Source: Candidatus Pacebacteria bacterium RIFOXYA1_FULL_38_18 (GTDB lineage Bacteria > Patescibacteriota > Microgenomatia > UBA1400 > PJMF01). From it: a stretch of 64,000 nt of DNA. Positions 30,617-39,388 of this stretch are shown in pieces. How positions within the stretch are numbered: position 1 is the first letter of the stretch; each line of letters begins with the position of its first letter. Below the pieces are notes generated by a model that made no database searches, had not been told where the DNA came from, and saw only the letters and a list, made by a program, of their open reading frames with translations. The stretch covers positions 790 through 64,789 of the forward strand of contig MFWV01000003.1 of NCBI GenBank assembly GCA_001787405.1, written 5' to 3'. The position numbers were made by a program, and so were the translations under genes.

Positions 30617-31540
30617 ATGCACGAACAATTTAATCCTAATACAGGTAACGCCCCATTATTAAATGTTGAACTTCTTTTTGACGAATTACGAAAAGATTTG
30701 CCAGATGATCCTAATCTTCCTAATGATTTACAGAAGGTTATAAAAGGCCCAGAAGATTCTCAAAGAATATTTAATACTGCTTTACAGTATTGGCAAGAGG
30801 TATACAGCAAAGAAAAAGTTTTAAAAGCACTTTCGGTAATAGTAGCTAATGAGAAAGAGAGTGCTGATTTTTTTGAAGCAATGCAACTATTGAAGAGAAT
30901 AAGGAGACCTGGAAATATCTTACTTTCAGTTTTCTTAATGTTAGATAATGATCATTTTGCACCGGAAAAACACTGGAGAGTAATAAAGAATATAGGTAAA
31001 GTTCGTGATTATGCTGGAACAATTCATATTCAAGAATATACAGATAGATTACGCAGTGCGATAGAAGACTATTCTTTGAAAGAAACGGAAGATAGTTTTC
31101 AACCAGATTTCCAAACAGGTTTCGAAAGGTATATTTCAAAAACCATTGATCAGATGAGAAACATTGTGCTTACGGCGCAATCTGATGACGTTAGGGCACT
31201 TCATATACTAAGAAAAGATGGAACCAGGTTGCTAATGAATTTATTTCAAATGAGTTGTTTAGCTAATTTACATTTAGATCTAAATGTAAATCATTTCCAA
31301 ATGTTTGCTTATTTCAAAATGCTTGATAGTAAGTTGGGAGATGTACATGATGATGCAGAAGTAAAACGAATTCAACAAGCTGGTAACTACGATGGGGTTC
31401 AAATGATGGTTCCAGAAAAATTAAAAATTCAGATTTTAGAGGCTATTGATTTTCTTGGAAGAGAATGGCAACTAAACTTTGATAAATCAGCGGATAACAA
31501 ACCAGACCCATTCTCAAAAGATTACGATAAATATTTGTAG
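30617..31540 (+). CDS. Hypothetical helical protein, possible CHAD domain
   Basis: IGKVRD, LHILRK..RL, LGDVHD resemble CHAD motifs. Confidence 0.5.
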   Translation: MHEQFNPNTGNAPLLNVELLFDELRKDLPDDPNLPNDLQKVIKGPEDSQRIFNTALQYWQEVYSKEKVLKALSVIVANEKESADFFEAMQLLKRIRRPGNILLSVFLMLDNDHFAPEKHWRVIKNIGKVRDYAGTIHIQEYTDRLRSAIEDYSLKETEDSFQPDFQTGFERYISKTIDQMRNIVLTAQSDDVRALHILRKDGTRLLMNLFQMSCLANLHLDLNVNHFQMFAYFKMLDSKLGDVHDDAEVKRIQQAGNYDGVQMMVPEKLKIQILEAIDFLGREWQLNFDKSADNKPDPFSKDYDKYL

Positions 31541-31620
31541 TTTTTTTATAACGGTAAAACATCTAAAAACTACTTATTTGGTGATATTAGACTAGTCTAC
31601 CAGAACTTTTTGGCTTGTTG

Positions 31621-31703
31621 CGGAGGTGGTGGGATTCGAACCCACGGAGCCTCGCGGCTCACGCTTTCCAAGCGTGTGCAATTGACCACTATGCGACACC
31701 TCC
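31621..31703 (-). tRNA. tRNA-Ser(GGA), no encoded CCA
   Basis: GGAGGTG/CACCTCC acceptor, CACGC-TTGGAAA-GCGTG anticodon arm, long variable arm, GTTCGAATC. Confidence 0.96.
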
Positions 31704-31729
31704 TCAGAAGGGTATTATACCCAACTTTT

Positions 31730-32668
31730 TCAATTAATCTTTTGTTTAATTCCTTCGTACAAAGCTTGGGTCATTTTGGGAAGATCGAATTCATGTTTCC
31801 AACCCCAATCATTTCTGGCGGACGAATCATCGATGGTCTGTGGCCAGCCTTCAGCAATTTTTTGACGACTATCTGGTTTAAACTCTACTTTGAAATCTGG
31901 GGCAAACTTCAGAATTTCTTGATAAAGTTCTTCTGGTGTGAAACTGATGGCAGCAAAGTTATAACTAGTGCGAATCGTGATTTTTTCTGAAGGAGCTGCC
32001 ATGAGTGCCAGGGTGCCTTTGATAGCATCGTCCATGTACATCATGGGTAGGCGAGCATCAGCTTGTAAGAAACATTCATAGTAATTGTCTTTTACCAAGC
32101 CATAGAAAATATGAATAGCATATTCGGTGGTGCCATCGCCTGGTTTAGCTTTATAGCCATTGAGTCCTGGATAGCGCAGACTTCTGACATCTACTCCATA
32201 TTTTTCAAAATAGTATTGGCACAACAGCTCGCCCGTGACTTTGGTAACTCCATACATGGTGGTTGGTTCAAGGGAAGTGTGTTGGGGGACATTTTGTTTG
32301 GGCGTGCTAGGGCCAAAAGCAGCAATAGAGCTGGGCCAGAAAACTTTGAGTTGATGCTCTTTGGCCAAATCAAGCACGTGCTTCAAACCATCAACATTGA
32401 TTTCCCAAGCAAGATCTGGCTGTTTTTCTCCACCAGCAGAAAGTAAGCCGGCCAAGTGATAAATTTCTCCGATATCATGTTTTTTGACTAGATCAGCCAT
32501 CAATTTACTGTCACGGACATCGCCTTTTTCTAGAATGCCTTTGAAATCTGAACTGACTGTTTCGCGAGCAAGAGCCACGACTGAATCTGGTCCAAACTTT
32601 TTTTGCAACTCAGGTACTAGGTCACTGCCTACCAAACCAAATGCTCCTGTAACCAAAATGCGTTTCAT
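31730..32668 (-). CDS. NAD-dependent epimerase/dehydratase, L-threonine 3-dehydrogenase-like SDR
   Basis: TGAFGLVG, LLSAGGE, PSSIAAFG, YGVTK, GTTEYA, LPMMYMDD. Confidence 0.88.
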   Translation of the reverse strand: MKRILVTGAFGLVGSDLVPELQKKFGPDSVVALARETVSSDFKGILEKGDVRDSKLMADLVKKHDIGEIYHLAGLLSAGGEKQPDLAWEINVDGLKHVLDLAKEHQLKVFWPSSIAAFGPSTPKQNVPQHTSLEPTTMYGVTKVTGELLCQYYFEKYGVDVRSLRYPGLNGYKAKPGDGTTEYAIHIFYGLVKDNYYECFLQADARLPMMYMDDAIKGTLALMAAPSEKITIRTSYNFAAISFTPEELYQEILKFAPDFKVEFKPDSRQKIAEGWPQTIDDSSARNDWGWKHEFDLPKMTQALYEGIKQKIN

Positions 32669-32726
32669 GAGATTTCCTTTCCAAAAATTTTTATTTATTC
32701 AATTTTACTATACAGGCAATCAAGTT

Positions 32727-33242
32727 TTAATTTCGATGAAATTGAACACCTCGTACGGAGCCTCTCCCAGGTGAAGGAAGGTCTTCTTTTTCTAGCTGTT
32801 GATAAAAACGGCGCATCGGTTCGTGACGAGACCAAAAATCATTTAATCCCCAAAAATCTATTAGAAAACCTGTCAAGAAAATCGCAATGATAAAACCAAC
32901 TACGATCAGACCAAAGTTTTTTTGATAAGAAAAATCATATTTTTTTAATAACCACACTCCCAATACGATACCGAGAATGGCCAAGATAGGCACCCACCAT
33001 GGAAAATTGCTGAGCATGAATTGTAAGCGCCAACCTTGCATAGGTCCGCGTCTGCGAATCAGGAAAAAAATTAAATTGGTTAGAAAAGTTGCCATCATAG
33101 TCAAGCCCACCAAACCACCGATCATACTCAAAGAACCCAGCACGAAGTACCAACGAGGTTTCATCGTAATTTCTCCGGATTTGACTTTGGCCATCACGGT
33201 TTTTTCCAAATCAACTGGTGTCTTTTTTATTTTTTTTGACAT
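32727..33242 (-). CDS. Membrane protein, probable anti-sigma factor
   Basis: Overlaps end of ECF sigma; short soluble N-terminus then 3 TM segments. Confidence 0.55.
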   Translation of the reverse strand: MSKKIKKTPVDLEKTVMAKVKSGEITMKPRWYFVLGSLSMIGGLVGLTMMATFLTNLIFFLIRRRGPMQGWRLQFMLSNFPWWVPILAILGIVLGVWLLKKYDFSYQKNFGLIVVGFIIAIFLTGFLIDFWGLNDFWSRHEPMRRFYQQLEKEDLPSPGRGSVRGVQFHRN

Positions 33243-33775
33243 ATTTTTTTAATAATTACTTTAGCTCGATTGATTCTTGTGCCCACTGTGCCGATTGGTA
33301 TTTTCAATATATCACTTATTTCTTCGTATGATTTTTCTTCTAAATAATAAAGTGATAATGGTTCTCGGTAAATTAATGAAATTTGATTAAGACAATTTTG
33401 AGCTCGAAGAATCAATTCTTTTTTGATTAAACTATCTTCCAAATCAACACCGTCATCAATGGCTTCAAATTCCTTTATACTCATTGCTTGGTTGTTTTTA
33501 GTTTTATTGATTAAATTCATTGCTTCATTGTGAACAATGCGATAAATCCAGCTAGAAAATTTCTTTTTCAAATCAAAACTTTGCAAATTAACATATGCTT
33601 TAATGAAACTATCTTGAACAACATCAGCAGCTTGATGTTCGTCATTTATCAGATAGAGAGCATAACGCATTAGTTTGGTTTGATATCTTTTAATAATTTC
33701 AGCATAAATTTCTTTATTGTCAGTGCGAACAATCTCAACCACTTTTTCATCTGATAATTTGGATATGTTTTTCAT
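33227..33775 (-). CDS. ECF RNA polymerase sigma factor (SigW-like)
   Basis: DVVQDSFIKAY, FSSWIYRI..N, SYEEISDILKIPIGTVGTRINRA. Confidence 0.93.
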   Translation of the reverse strand: MKNISKLSDEKVVEIVRTDNKEIYAEIIKRYQTKLMRYALYLINDEHQAADVVQDSFIKAYVNLQSFDLKKKFSSWIYRIVHNEAMNLINKTKNNQAMSIKEFEAIDDGVDLEDSLIKKELILRAQNCLNQISLIYREPLSLYYLEEKSYEEISDILKIPIGTVGTRINRAKVIIKKICQKK

Positions 33776-33824
33776 GTTCGAATCTGTTCGGTTTAACCAC
33801 AGTGAATAAAGATATTTTTAAACT

Positions 33825-33860
33825 ACCGACGCCCCACTAGTATATAGATGGGGCATCGGT
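33825..33860 (-). terminator. Hairpin/terminator between secreted-protein gene and ECF sigma gene
   Basis: ACCGATGCCCCA...TGGGGCGTCGGT 12-bp stem on minus strand. Confidence 0.6.
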
Positions 33861-33877
33861 TTTGCGAACAACCGTGA

Positions 33878-34255
33878 TTAACGGTTCATTCTGCCATGTT
33901 TCATTCCTTGACCCTGACCAGCACCAGTACCATTTTGCTGATTCAGACCAAGTTCTGCTCTGATTTTTTGGGCTTCTTCTACATTACCCTGTTGGGCTAG
34001 TTGATGAGCCTCAGCAAATTGAGCAAAATTTTGCTCATTGATGCGTTGGGTTATTCCTCTGCCAGACATCAGTTCTTGCCAAGCTTGATAATCTTTATTT
34101 TCAAAGGCTTTGATCATTGCCTCGTGACGCTCTGGTGTATAGTTGGGACCTTGAGCGTTGGGGTCACCTTTGTAGGCAAGCACTGTTTGGGGCAAAAGAA
34201 TTACACCACCCAAAATCAATGCGGTAGCTCCGAGGAGCATTGCTTTTTTATTCAT
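33878..34255 (-). CDS. Small secreted helical protein with Gly/Gln-rich tail
   Basis: Signal peptide ending VLA; SD AAAGGAAG. Confidence 0.8.
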   Translation of the reverse strand: MNKKAMLLGATALILGGVILLPQTVLAYKGDPNAQGPNYTPERHEAMIKAFENKDYQAWQELMSGRGITQRINEQNFAQFAEAHQLAQQGNVEEAQKIRAELGLNQQNGTGAGQGQGMKHGRMNR

Positions 34256-34400
34256 ATCTTCCTTTCTAAAAAGATACTTATTACTACTATCTACTAGTAA
34301 TACAAGTTAGTAGCTCATTTTCTTTCAAGCAAAAATTAAGCTTCTCAAAATTGATTATCGATTTGAAATTTAAAGATTGAAAAGTTTTGTGAAAAAGATT

Positions 34401-35030
34401 CTAGTTAGTGCCAAAATATCTATCTCCATAATCGCCCAGACCAGGCACAATATAACAGTGATCATTCAAACAATCATCCAAAGCAGCGGTAAAGATTTTT
34501 ACTTCAGGAAATTCTTTTTTGATGGCTTTGACTCCTTCTGGAGCTGCCACGACACTGACGATCGACATAGATTTGGGATGTTGAGGGGCAATTTGACGAA
34601 GTAAGTGACCGAGTGATCCGCCGGTAGCCAACATGGGATCGGTAACAATGACCACGCTATTTTTAGTAATCTTGGGTAGTTTCCAGTAATATTGATGAGC
34701 TATTGCTGTTACTTCATCTCTCTCCAGCCCAATAAAACCAATTTTTGATTTTGGTAACAAGCGCAAGGCTCCAAATAGCATAGCCAAGCCAGCTCTTAAT
34801 ACTGGCACTACAATTACCTCATCTGTGAGTTTTTTGCCCTGAGTGGTTTTGAGAGGAGTGGTGATTTTTATTTGATTGGTATTCAAATCTTGGAGAGCTT
34901 CAAAGAAAAGTAGCTCGCAAAGTTTGTCGGAATAATGGCGAAATTCTTGGAGGCTGGTTTGTTGACAGCGCAGGTGAGTTAAAGAATCTTGAATGAGAGG
35001 GTGTCTGATGACATTAAGTTTCGAAGACAT
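34401..35030 (-). CDS. upp: Uracil phosphoribosyltransferase
   Basis: VPVLRAG, DPMLATGGS, YIVPGLGDYGDRYFGT. Confidence 0.98.
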   Translation of the reverse strand: MSSKLNVIRHPLIQDSLTHLRCQQTSLQEFRHYSDKLCELLFFEALQDLNTNQIKITTPLKTTQGKKLTDEVIVVPVLRAGLAMLFGALRLLPKSKIGFIGLERDEVTAIAHQYYWKLPKITKNSVVIVTDPMLATGGSLGHLLRQIAPQHPKSMSIVSVVAAPEGVKAIKKEFPEVKIFTAALDDCLNDHCYIVPGLGDYGDRYFGTN

Positions 35031-35118
35031 TAAAAAGGAATTATATTACAAAATGACTATTTTTGCTCCAGTAAAATCTTTTTTTTGGCAAAAATCTATC
35101 AAAAATGATGATTTTAAT

Positions 35119-35622
35119 TTATTTTTTTGTTTGCAATTGTGCCTGCACGGCTTTAACTGCTTCATTCATACCCGGATATCTGAATAAAGGCGGATTGCTG
35201 GCCAAGATTTCTTCTGGAGTCAGCCATTTGGCTGCAAAGATATCTTCTTGGGCAGGATTGTGATCAAAATTGAACTTAAGTTTTTTTCCTTTAACCTGAC
35301 ATTGATAACCGATGCACACGATTTGCACGCCTTTGGTGGGATTGTCCAAATGTGATACTACAAAATCCCAAGCACCAACCACCTGACCCACCTCAATTTC
35401 CAGCCCAATTTCTTCCTTTACCTCTCGTTTCAAACCAGTGATCAGAGATTCTCCCAAGTCAAGACCTCCTCCAGGAAAATCATGAATTATTTGTTCGTCA
35501 TCAGGATGATCTTTTGCCAATCGTTCTTGAACAACCAAGATTTTTCCTTCGTTGACGATCAAAGCTTTTACTCCGGTTCGAATACGACTAAGGCTTTTAA
35601 TTTTTCTTGGTAATTTCAACAT
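35119..35622 (-). CDS. NUDIX hydrolase
   Basis: PGGGLDLGES...REVKEEIGL Nudix box. Confidence 0.92.
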   Translation of the reverse strand: MLKLPRKIKSLSRIRTGVKALIVNEGKILVVQERLAKDHPDDEQIIHDFPGGGLDLGESLITGLKREVKEEIGLEIEVGQVVGAWDFVVSHLDNPTKGVQIVCIGYQCQVKGKKLKFNFDHNPAQEDIFAAKWLTPEEILASNPPLFRYPGMNEAVKAVQAQLQTKK

Positions 35623-35738
35623 AGTTGCAAGTTTAACATAAAAAAGAAGGGAAATTATTAATGAGTCTTTTGGGAAGTACTGGAAGGAATTAGAAATACT
35701 GGATTTATTTTTTATTCATTGAGTATTAAAATATATTT

Positions 35739-35930
35739 ATGTCTGAATCAAAGAAACCTGAATCAAAAAAACCAATTTTTACCACTTACAAAGATTCTAA
35801 AACTGGTGAGATAAGTGTTGCGGAAGTGATTCTAAAAGATGAGTATGAGCGACGAATGCGCGAAAAACCACTTGATCAACTACCAATTTCTGAAGACAAT
35901 TTAAATCCTCCCAAACCAAATTCAAACTAA
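35739..35930 (+). CDS. Small hypothetical protein
   Basis: 63-aa ORF with -10 TAAAAT 6 nt upstream; ends 9 bp from tRNA fragment. Confidence 0.5.
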   Translation: MSESKKPESKKPIFTTYKDSKTGEISVAEVILKDEYERRMREKPLDQLPISEDNLNPPKPNSN

Positions 35931-35939
35931 AATTGAATT

Positions 35940-35988
35940 TGGCGGAAGCGGTGGGATTCGAACCCACGATGCCGTGAGGCGCCGGTTT
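35940..35988 (-). repeat. tRNA-Ser 3'-half fragment (attR-like), ends in CCA
   Basis: 48/49 identical to 56266-56314 (Ser-TGA 3' half); the one difference matches the Ser-GCT acceptor. Confidence 0.93.
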
Positions 35989-35998
35989 AACAGAATTA

Positions 35999-37678
35999 TT
36001 AATTAACCAATAATTCTTGATGAACAACGTTTATCAAAGGACGAGATTGTTTGAGATCAATTTCAGCACTCCATACAGACAAATTTTGTCCATAAGTAAT
36101 TTGTTTCAATGTGTTATCAGTAATGGAATAAGATTTTACAAAACGATCAATGCATTCTTTTTGTATTAGTGTGGATTTAGTTCGATGATCGCAAATCATA
36201 TAAATGATTTTTGGGTATTTATTAATTGGAGTATGGTTTAAACCGTAGCTTATATTTTCAACCAGTGGTTGCTTGAAGCTTCGTTCTAAGTAGTACCAGA
36301 CCCCACTTGTGCCCCAGCCGTCAAATGGCATATTTTTAGTTGTTGTGTACCAGGTTAGAAATAAATTAGGTTGTGAAGAAATTGTTTTTGGGTAATGATT
36401 CAAATAATCATCGTAAATTATTTGAGCAATCTCTTTTTGTTGATCATGATAAGAACGTGAGGGCAAATTGCTGTAAATAGTTTTTGTAGTGGAGATGATC
36501 ATAAGCAGAATGCTCGCAATGGTTAAAAACCATCCCAAAACAGGTTTTAGATTAATTGTTGATTTTAAAGAAAAAGCAAGTGCCACCAGAAAGAAGGGAA
36601 ATACTGAAAGAAGATATGTCTCTGATACGTAATGTTTGTAAAAAATAAAAAGAAAAATTGAAAAACATATTGAAATTATAAAAATAGTTATCTTTTGAAA
36701 ATTTTTGGCTTTGCTCATATTTATTTTAAATTTTTGATGCCAAAGTGCTGTTGCGATCAAAATTAACAACGAGAGGAATAAAAAAAACATAGTTGAATTG
36801 GAGGCATGGTTTCCCCAGATCATTCGATTGATTGAGTGCAAAACATGCTGTATTTGTGCCAGAGCTGAAAGCTCATATTTTGTTTTAAAATTAGAAATAA
36901 AAAAATAAATTTGATCTAAGGGAAGTGATTGATAGGTCAGCATTATCCACGACCAAAAAATTCCGATAAAAGTAATTATTGGAATGAAAGTTGTTTTGAA
37001 CAAAACCTTTTTAGTCTTTATGTTTAAGTGCAGCCAACAATAAATAGTGAAGATAAAACCCAGCGGAAGTATGAGGAGTGCTCCATAGTGAAAATGAAGG
37101 GGAGCTAAAAGAAAAAAAATGATCAATAAAAGATATTTTAAATGATATTTTTTTTCTTTTAGGTACGAGATGCTAGCCCAAATAAAAGCGGTCGAAAACA
37201 GTAATAAAAGATGAGGTTGCAGCAGCTCTCTACTACTAGAGATCATTTGAGAATTTATAGCTAGCAAACTGGCAAGAATCAAGCCAGTTGTTTTGTCTTG
37301 TGCCTTTTTACCTATAAAGTATCCAAATAGAACCGGAGTGGTCATTAATATTGTCCAGAAATACATGAAAAATAATGGATTTGGTATGAAAAGCCAGATT
37401 AGAGCAACAAAATAATAGTAAATAGGAGAATTGTTAAGCCACTCCATTCCGCCTGAGGCTAAAGGACCGCGAGTGGGGTATTCATTGTTGTTGACTATAT
37501 GATCGGCCACCAACATGTCTCTGCTTTCATCATAACCATTTTGTAACCAGACTGATTTGTCGATTTGATACAATCGAAAACCCAAAGCAATAAGAACAAT
37601 TAACCACAAAATAATCTGTGGAAAAACCTTAGCAAGGGCGGACATTTTTGAGGTTTTTTTAAAGGTTGAAGGCAGCAT
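35999..37678 (-). CDS. Polytopic membrane glycosyltransferase, ArnT/PMT (GT-C)-like
   Basis: TM1 then YDESRD loop, RGP, PIYYY, many TM helices, soluble C-terminus; AT-rich. Confidence 0.7.
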   Translation of the reverse strand: MLPSTFKKTSKMSALAKVFPQIILWLIVLIALGFRLYQIDKSVWLQNGYDESRDMLVADHIVNNNEYPTRGPLASGGMEWLNNSPIYYYFVALIWLFIPNPLFFMYFWTILMTTPVLFGYFIGKKAQDKTTGLILASLLAINSQMISSSRELLQPHLLLLFSTAFIWASISYLKEKKYHLKYLLLIIFFLLAPLHFHYGALLILPLGFIFTIYCWLHLNIKTKKVLFKTTFIPIITFIGIFWSWIMLTYQSLPLDQIYFFISNFKTKYELSALAQIQHVLHSINRMIWGNHASNSTMFFLFLSLLILIATALWHQKFKINMSKAKNFQKITIFIISICFSIFLFIFYKHYVSETYLLSVFPFFLVALAFSLKSTINLKPVLGWFLTIASILLMIISTTKTIYSNLPSRSYHDQQKEIAQIIYDDYLNHYPKTISSQPNLFLTWYTTTKNMPFDGWGTSGVWYYLERSFKQPLVENISYGLNHTPINKYPKIIYMICDHRTKSTLIQKECIDRFVKSYSITDNTLKQITYGQNLSVWSAEIDLKQSRPLINVVHQELLVN

Positions 37679-37729
37679 ATAATTTAAAAACTCGTCAAAA
37701 AATCCTACTTCGTAGAACTTTTAGCTTAC

Positions 37730-37798
37730 TGGCGGAAGCGGTGGGATTCCCCGCATACGTCGCTTCGCTCCTCTGACGGGGTAAACTTCTCATCCCAC
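37730..37798 (-). repeat. Second tRNA-Ser 3'-end fragment with a 37-bp palindromic insertion in its T-loop
   Basis: tggcggaagcggtgggattc-[insert 37750-37786]-ttctcatcccac. Confidence 0.85.
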
Positions 37799-37813
37799 AA
37801 CCATATAATCAAC

Positions 37814-37837
37814 TAGTTTTACCTTACGGTAAAACTA
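37814..37837 (-). terminator. Perfect 10-bp hairpin downstream of tRNA-Ser(GCT)
   Basis: TAGTTTTACC-ttac-GGTAAAACTA. Confidence 0.6.
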
Positions 37838-37847
37838 CTTAATTATG

Positions 37848-37933
37848 CGGAAGCGGTGGGATTCGAACCCACGAACCGGAAATTCCGGTCAGGTTTAGCA
37901 AACCTGTGCAATTGGCCACTATGCGACGCTTCC
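37848..37933 (-). tRNA. tRNA-Ser(GCT), no encoded CCA
   Basis: GGAAGCG/CGCTTCC acceptor, CAGGT-TTGCTAA-ACCTG, variable arm ACCGGAATTTCCGGT. Confidence 0.96.
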
Positions 37934-38065
37934 TTTAGTGGATGGCCAAATTATACCAGTTAAAACTAGGCTCTACAGAGTAAAGCTTGGTAGTTGTTAC
38001 TTGTTAGTTTTTCGCATCTAAGTTAATCTGATCTTGATAGAGTAGGATACAAAAAAGGAGGAGAA

Positions 38066-38590
38066 ATGGCAGAAAATTCTATGGATACTCCGGTAGAAGC
38101 TCAGGCTGATAAAAAAATGAGCACGATTGCTGTGCTTGGTATTTTTTTAGTGGTTGGTTTGGTGGCTTTTGTGATGATGAATAGTAGCCAGGTAGGTCAA
38201 AAGAATGATCTTGAAGCCCTGCCAGAAGCAGCGGTAACAGAAGAATCACTGGTGCCAAACGAGGAAGAAGTAGGAGAAGCAACTGAAGAAGGAACTATGG
38301 AAAAAGAACAAAATACTCTGCAAGAAATTGCCATAGAAGGTGGCAATTATTATTACAAACCTGATAAGTTGAGTGTTAACTTGGGCGATACGGTGCGCAT
38401 CACTTTCAGTTCTGTAGATATGCCTCACGATTTCAATATTGATGAATTAAATGTTCATTCTGAAATTCTGGAAAATGATTCTGCAGTAATTGAGTTTATT
38501 GCTGATCAAGTGGGCGAGTTTGAGTTTTATTGCAGTGTGGGTCAACATCGTCAATTGGGGATGATTGGTACTTTGACGGTAAATGAATAA
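38066..38590 (+). CDS. Membrane-anchored cupredoxin-domain protein
   Basis: PHDF..., FYCSVGQHRQLGM type-1 Cu ligands. Confidence 0.88.
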   Translation: MAENSMDTPVEAQADKKMSTIAVLGIFLVVGLVAFVMMNSSQVGQKNDLEALPEAAVTEESLVPNEEEVGEATEEGTMEKEQNTLQEIAIEGGNYYYKPDKLSVNLGDTVRITFSSVDMPHDFNIDELNVHSEILENDSAVIEFIADQVGEFEFYCSVGQHRQLGMIGTLTVNE

Positions 38591-38706
38591 CGGCTTTGGT
38601 ACTTTGGACAAGTGATGTACTGCTTGGTTTTATTACAAATCCTTTGTTATTATTAACTGTCTTAATTTTATTAAAAATCAGATACTATTTTATAGAAAGG
38701 TAATTC

Positions 38707-39384
38707 ATGACTGGTGAAACAAAAGCTTTGATTGGGATTAGTTTGGTCACGTTTCTCATTTTTATTGGTGGAATTGTGATGCTCAATCGTAAAAACACGG
38801 TCGTCCTAGAACCTCAGAATATTGATCCAACGGTTTTGATTAGGGAAGATAGTCATCTTTTGCAAGCAGAAGATGAGCGAGTGATGCTAGTAGAATTTGC
38901 TGATTTTCAATGCTCATTTTGTGCCAGTGCGCATCCCATCATTAGTCAATTATTACTCACCTATCCAGATAAATTGAGTTTTGTGGCGCGTCATTTTCCA
39001 CTTTCACAATACCAGCATTCTATGCTTTCGGCTGAAGCAGCTGAGGCAGCTGGTGATCAAGGTAAGTTTTGGGAGATGTATGACCTGATTTATACTCATC
39101 AAGCTGATTGGGAGAGTGCTAGTAATGATGAAGCTAGAGCAATTTTTGTCAGCTTTGCTGAGCAGTTGGAACTCAATTTGGAACAATTCAATACTGCTTT
39201 GGACAATCACACTTTTCGTGACAAAGTTTTACGTGATGCTGCAGATGGAAATGCAGCTGGAGTGACTGGCACACCTGCTTTTTTTGTAGATGGAGTTAGA
39301 TTTACTGGTTCATTGCAAAACCTAGTCACTTTGATTGAAGCTAGAATTAATACAACAGAGGAAGTTGTAGAGAACGAAAATTAA
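38707..39384 (+). CDS. DsbA-family thiol:disulfide oxidoreductase
   Basis: EFADFQCSFC, RHFPL, GVTGTP. Confidence 0.92.
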   Translation: MTGETKALIGISLVTFLIFIGGIVMLNRKNTVVLEPQNIDPTVLIREDSHLLQAEDERVMLVEFADFQCSFCASAHPIISQLLLTYPDKLSFVARHFPLSQYQHSMLSAEAAEAAGDQGKFWEMYDLIYTHQADWESASNDEARAIFVSFAEQLELNLEQFNTALDNHTFRDKVLRDAADGNAAGVTGTPAFFVDGVRFTGSLQNLVTLIEARINTTEEVVENEN

Positions 39385-39388
39385 ATCA

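Noticed and set aside
31610-31990. ORFs overlapping tRNAs (also 35797-36027 and 58491-58952)
   Set aside because: Shadow frames across tRNA or real genes.
33776-33791. GTTCGAATCTGTTCG as a LexA box or tRNA remnant
   Set aside because: Spacing fits neither CGAAC-N4-GTTCG nor GTTC-N7-GTTC, there is no flanking T-stem, and no matching box precedes recA.
35940-35988. Split or intron-containing tRNA
   Set aside because: No orphan 5' half is seen, intact Ser tRNAs exist, and the adjacent sequence is a protein gene without intron features.
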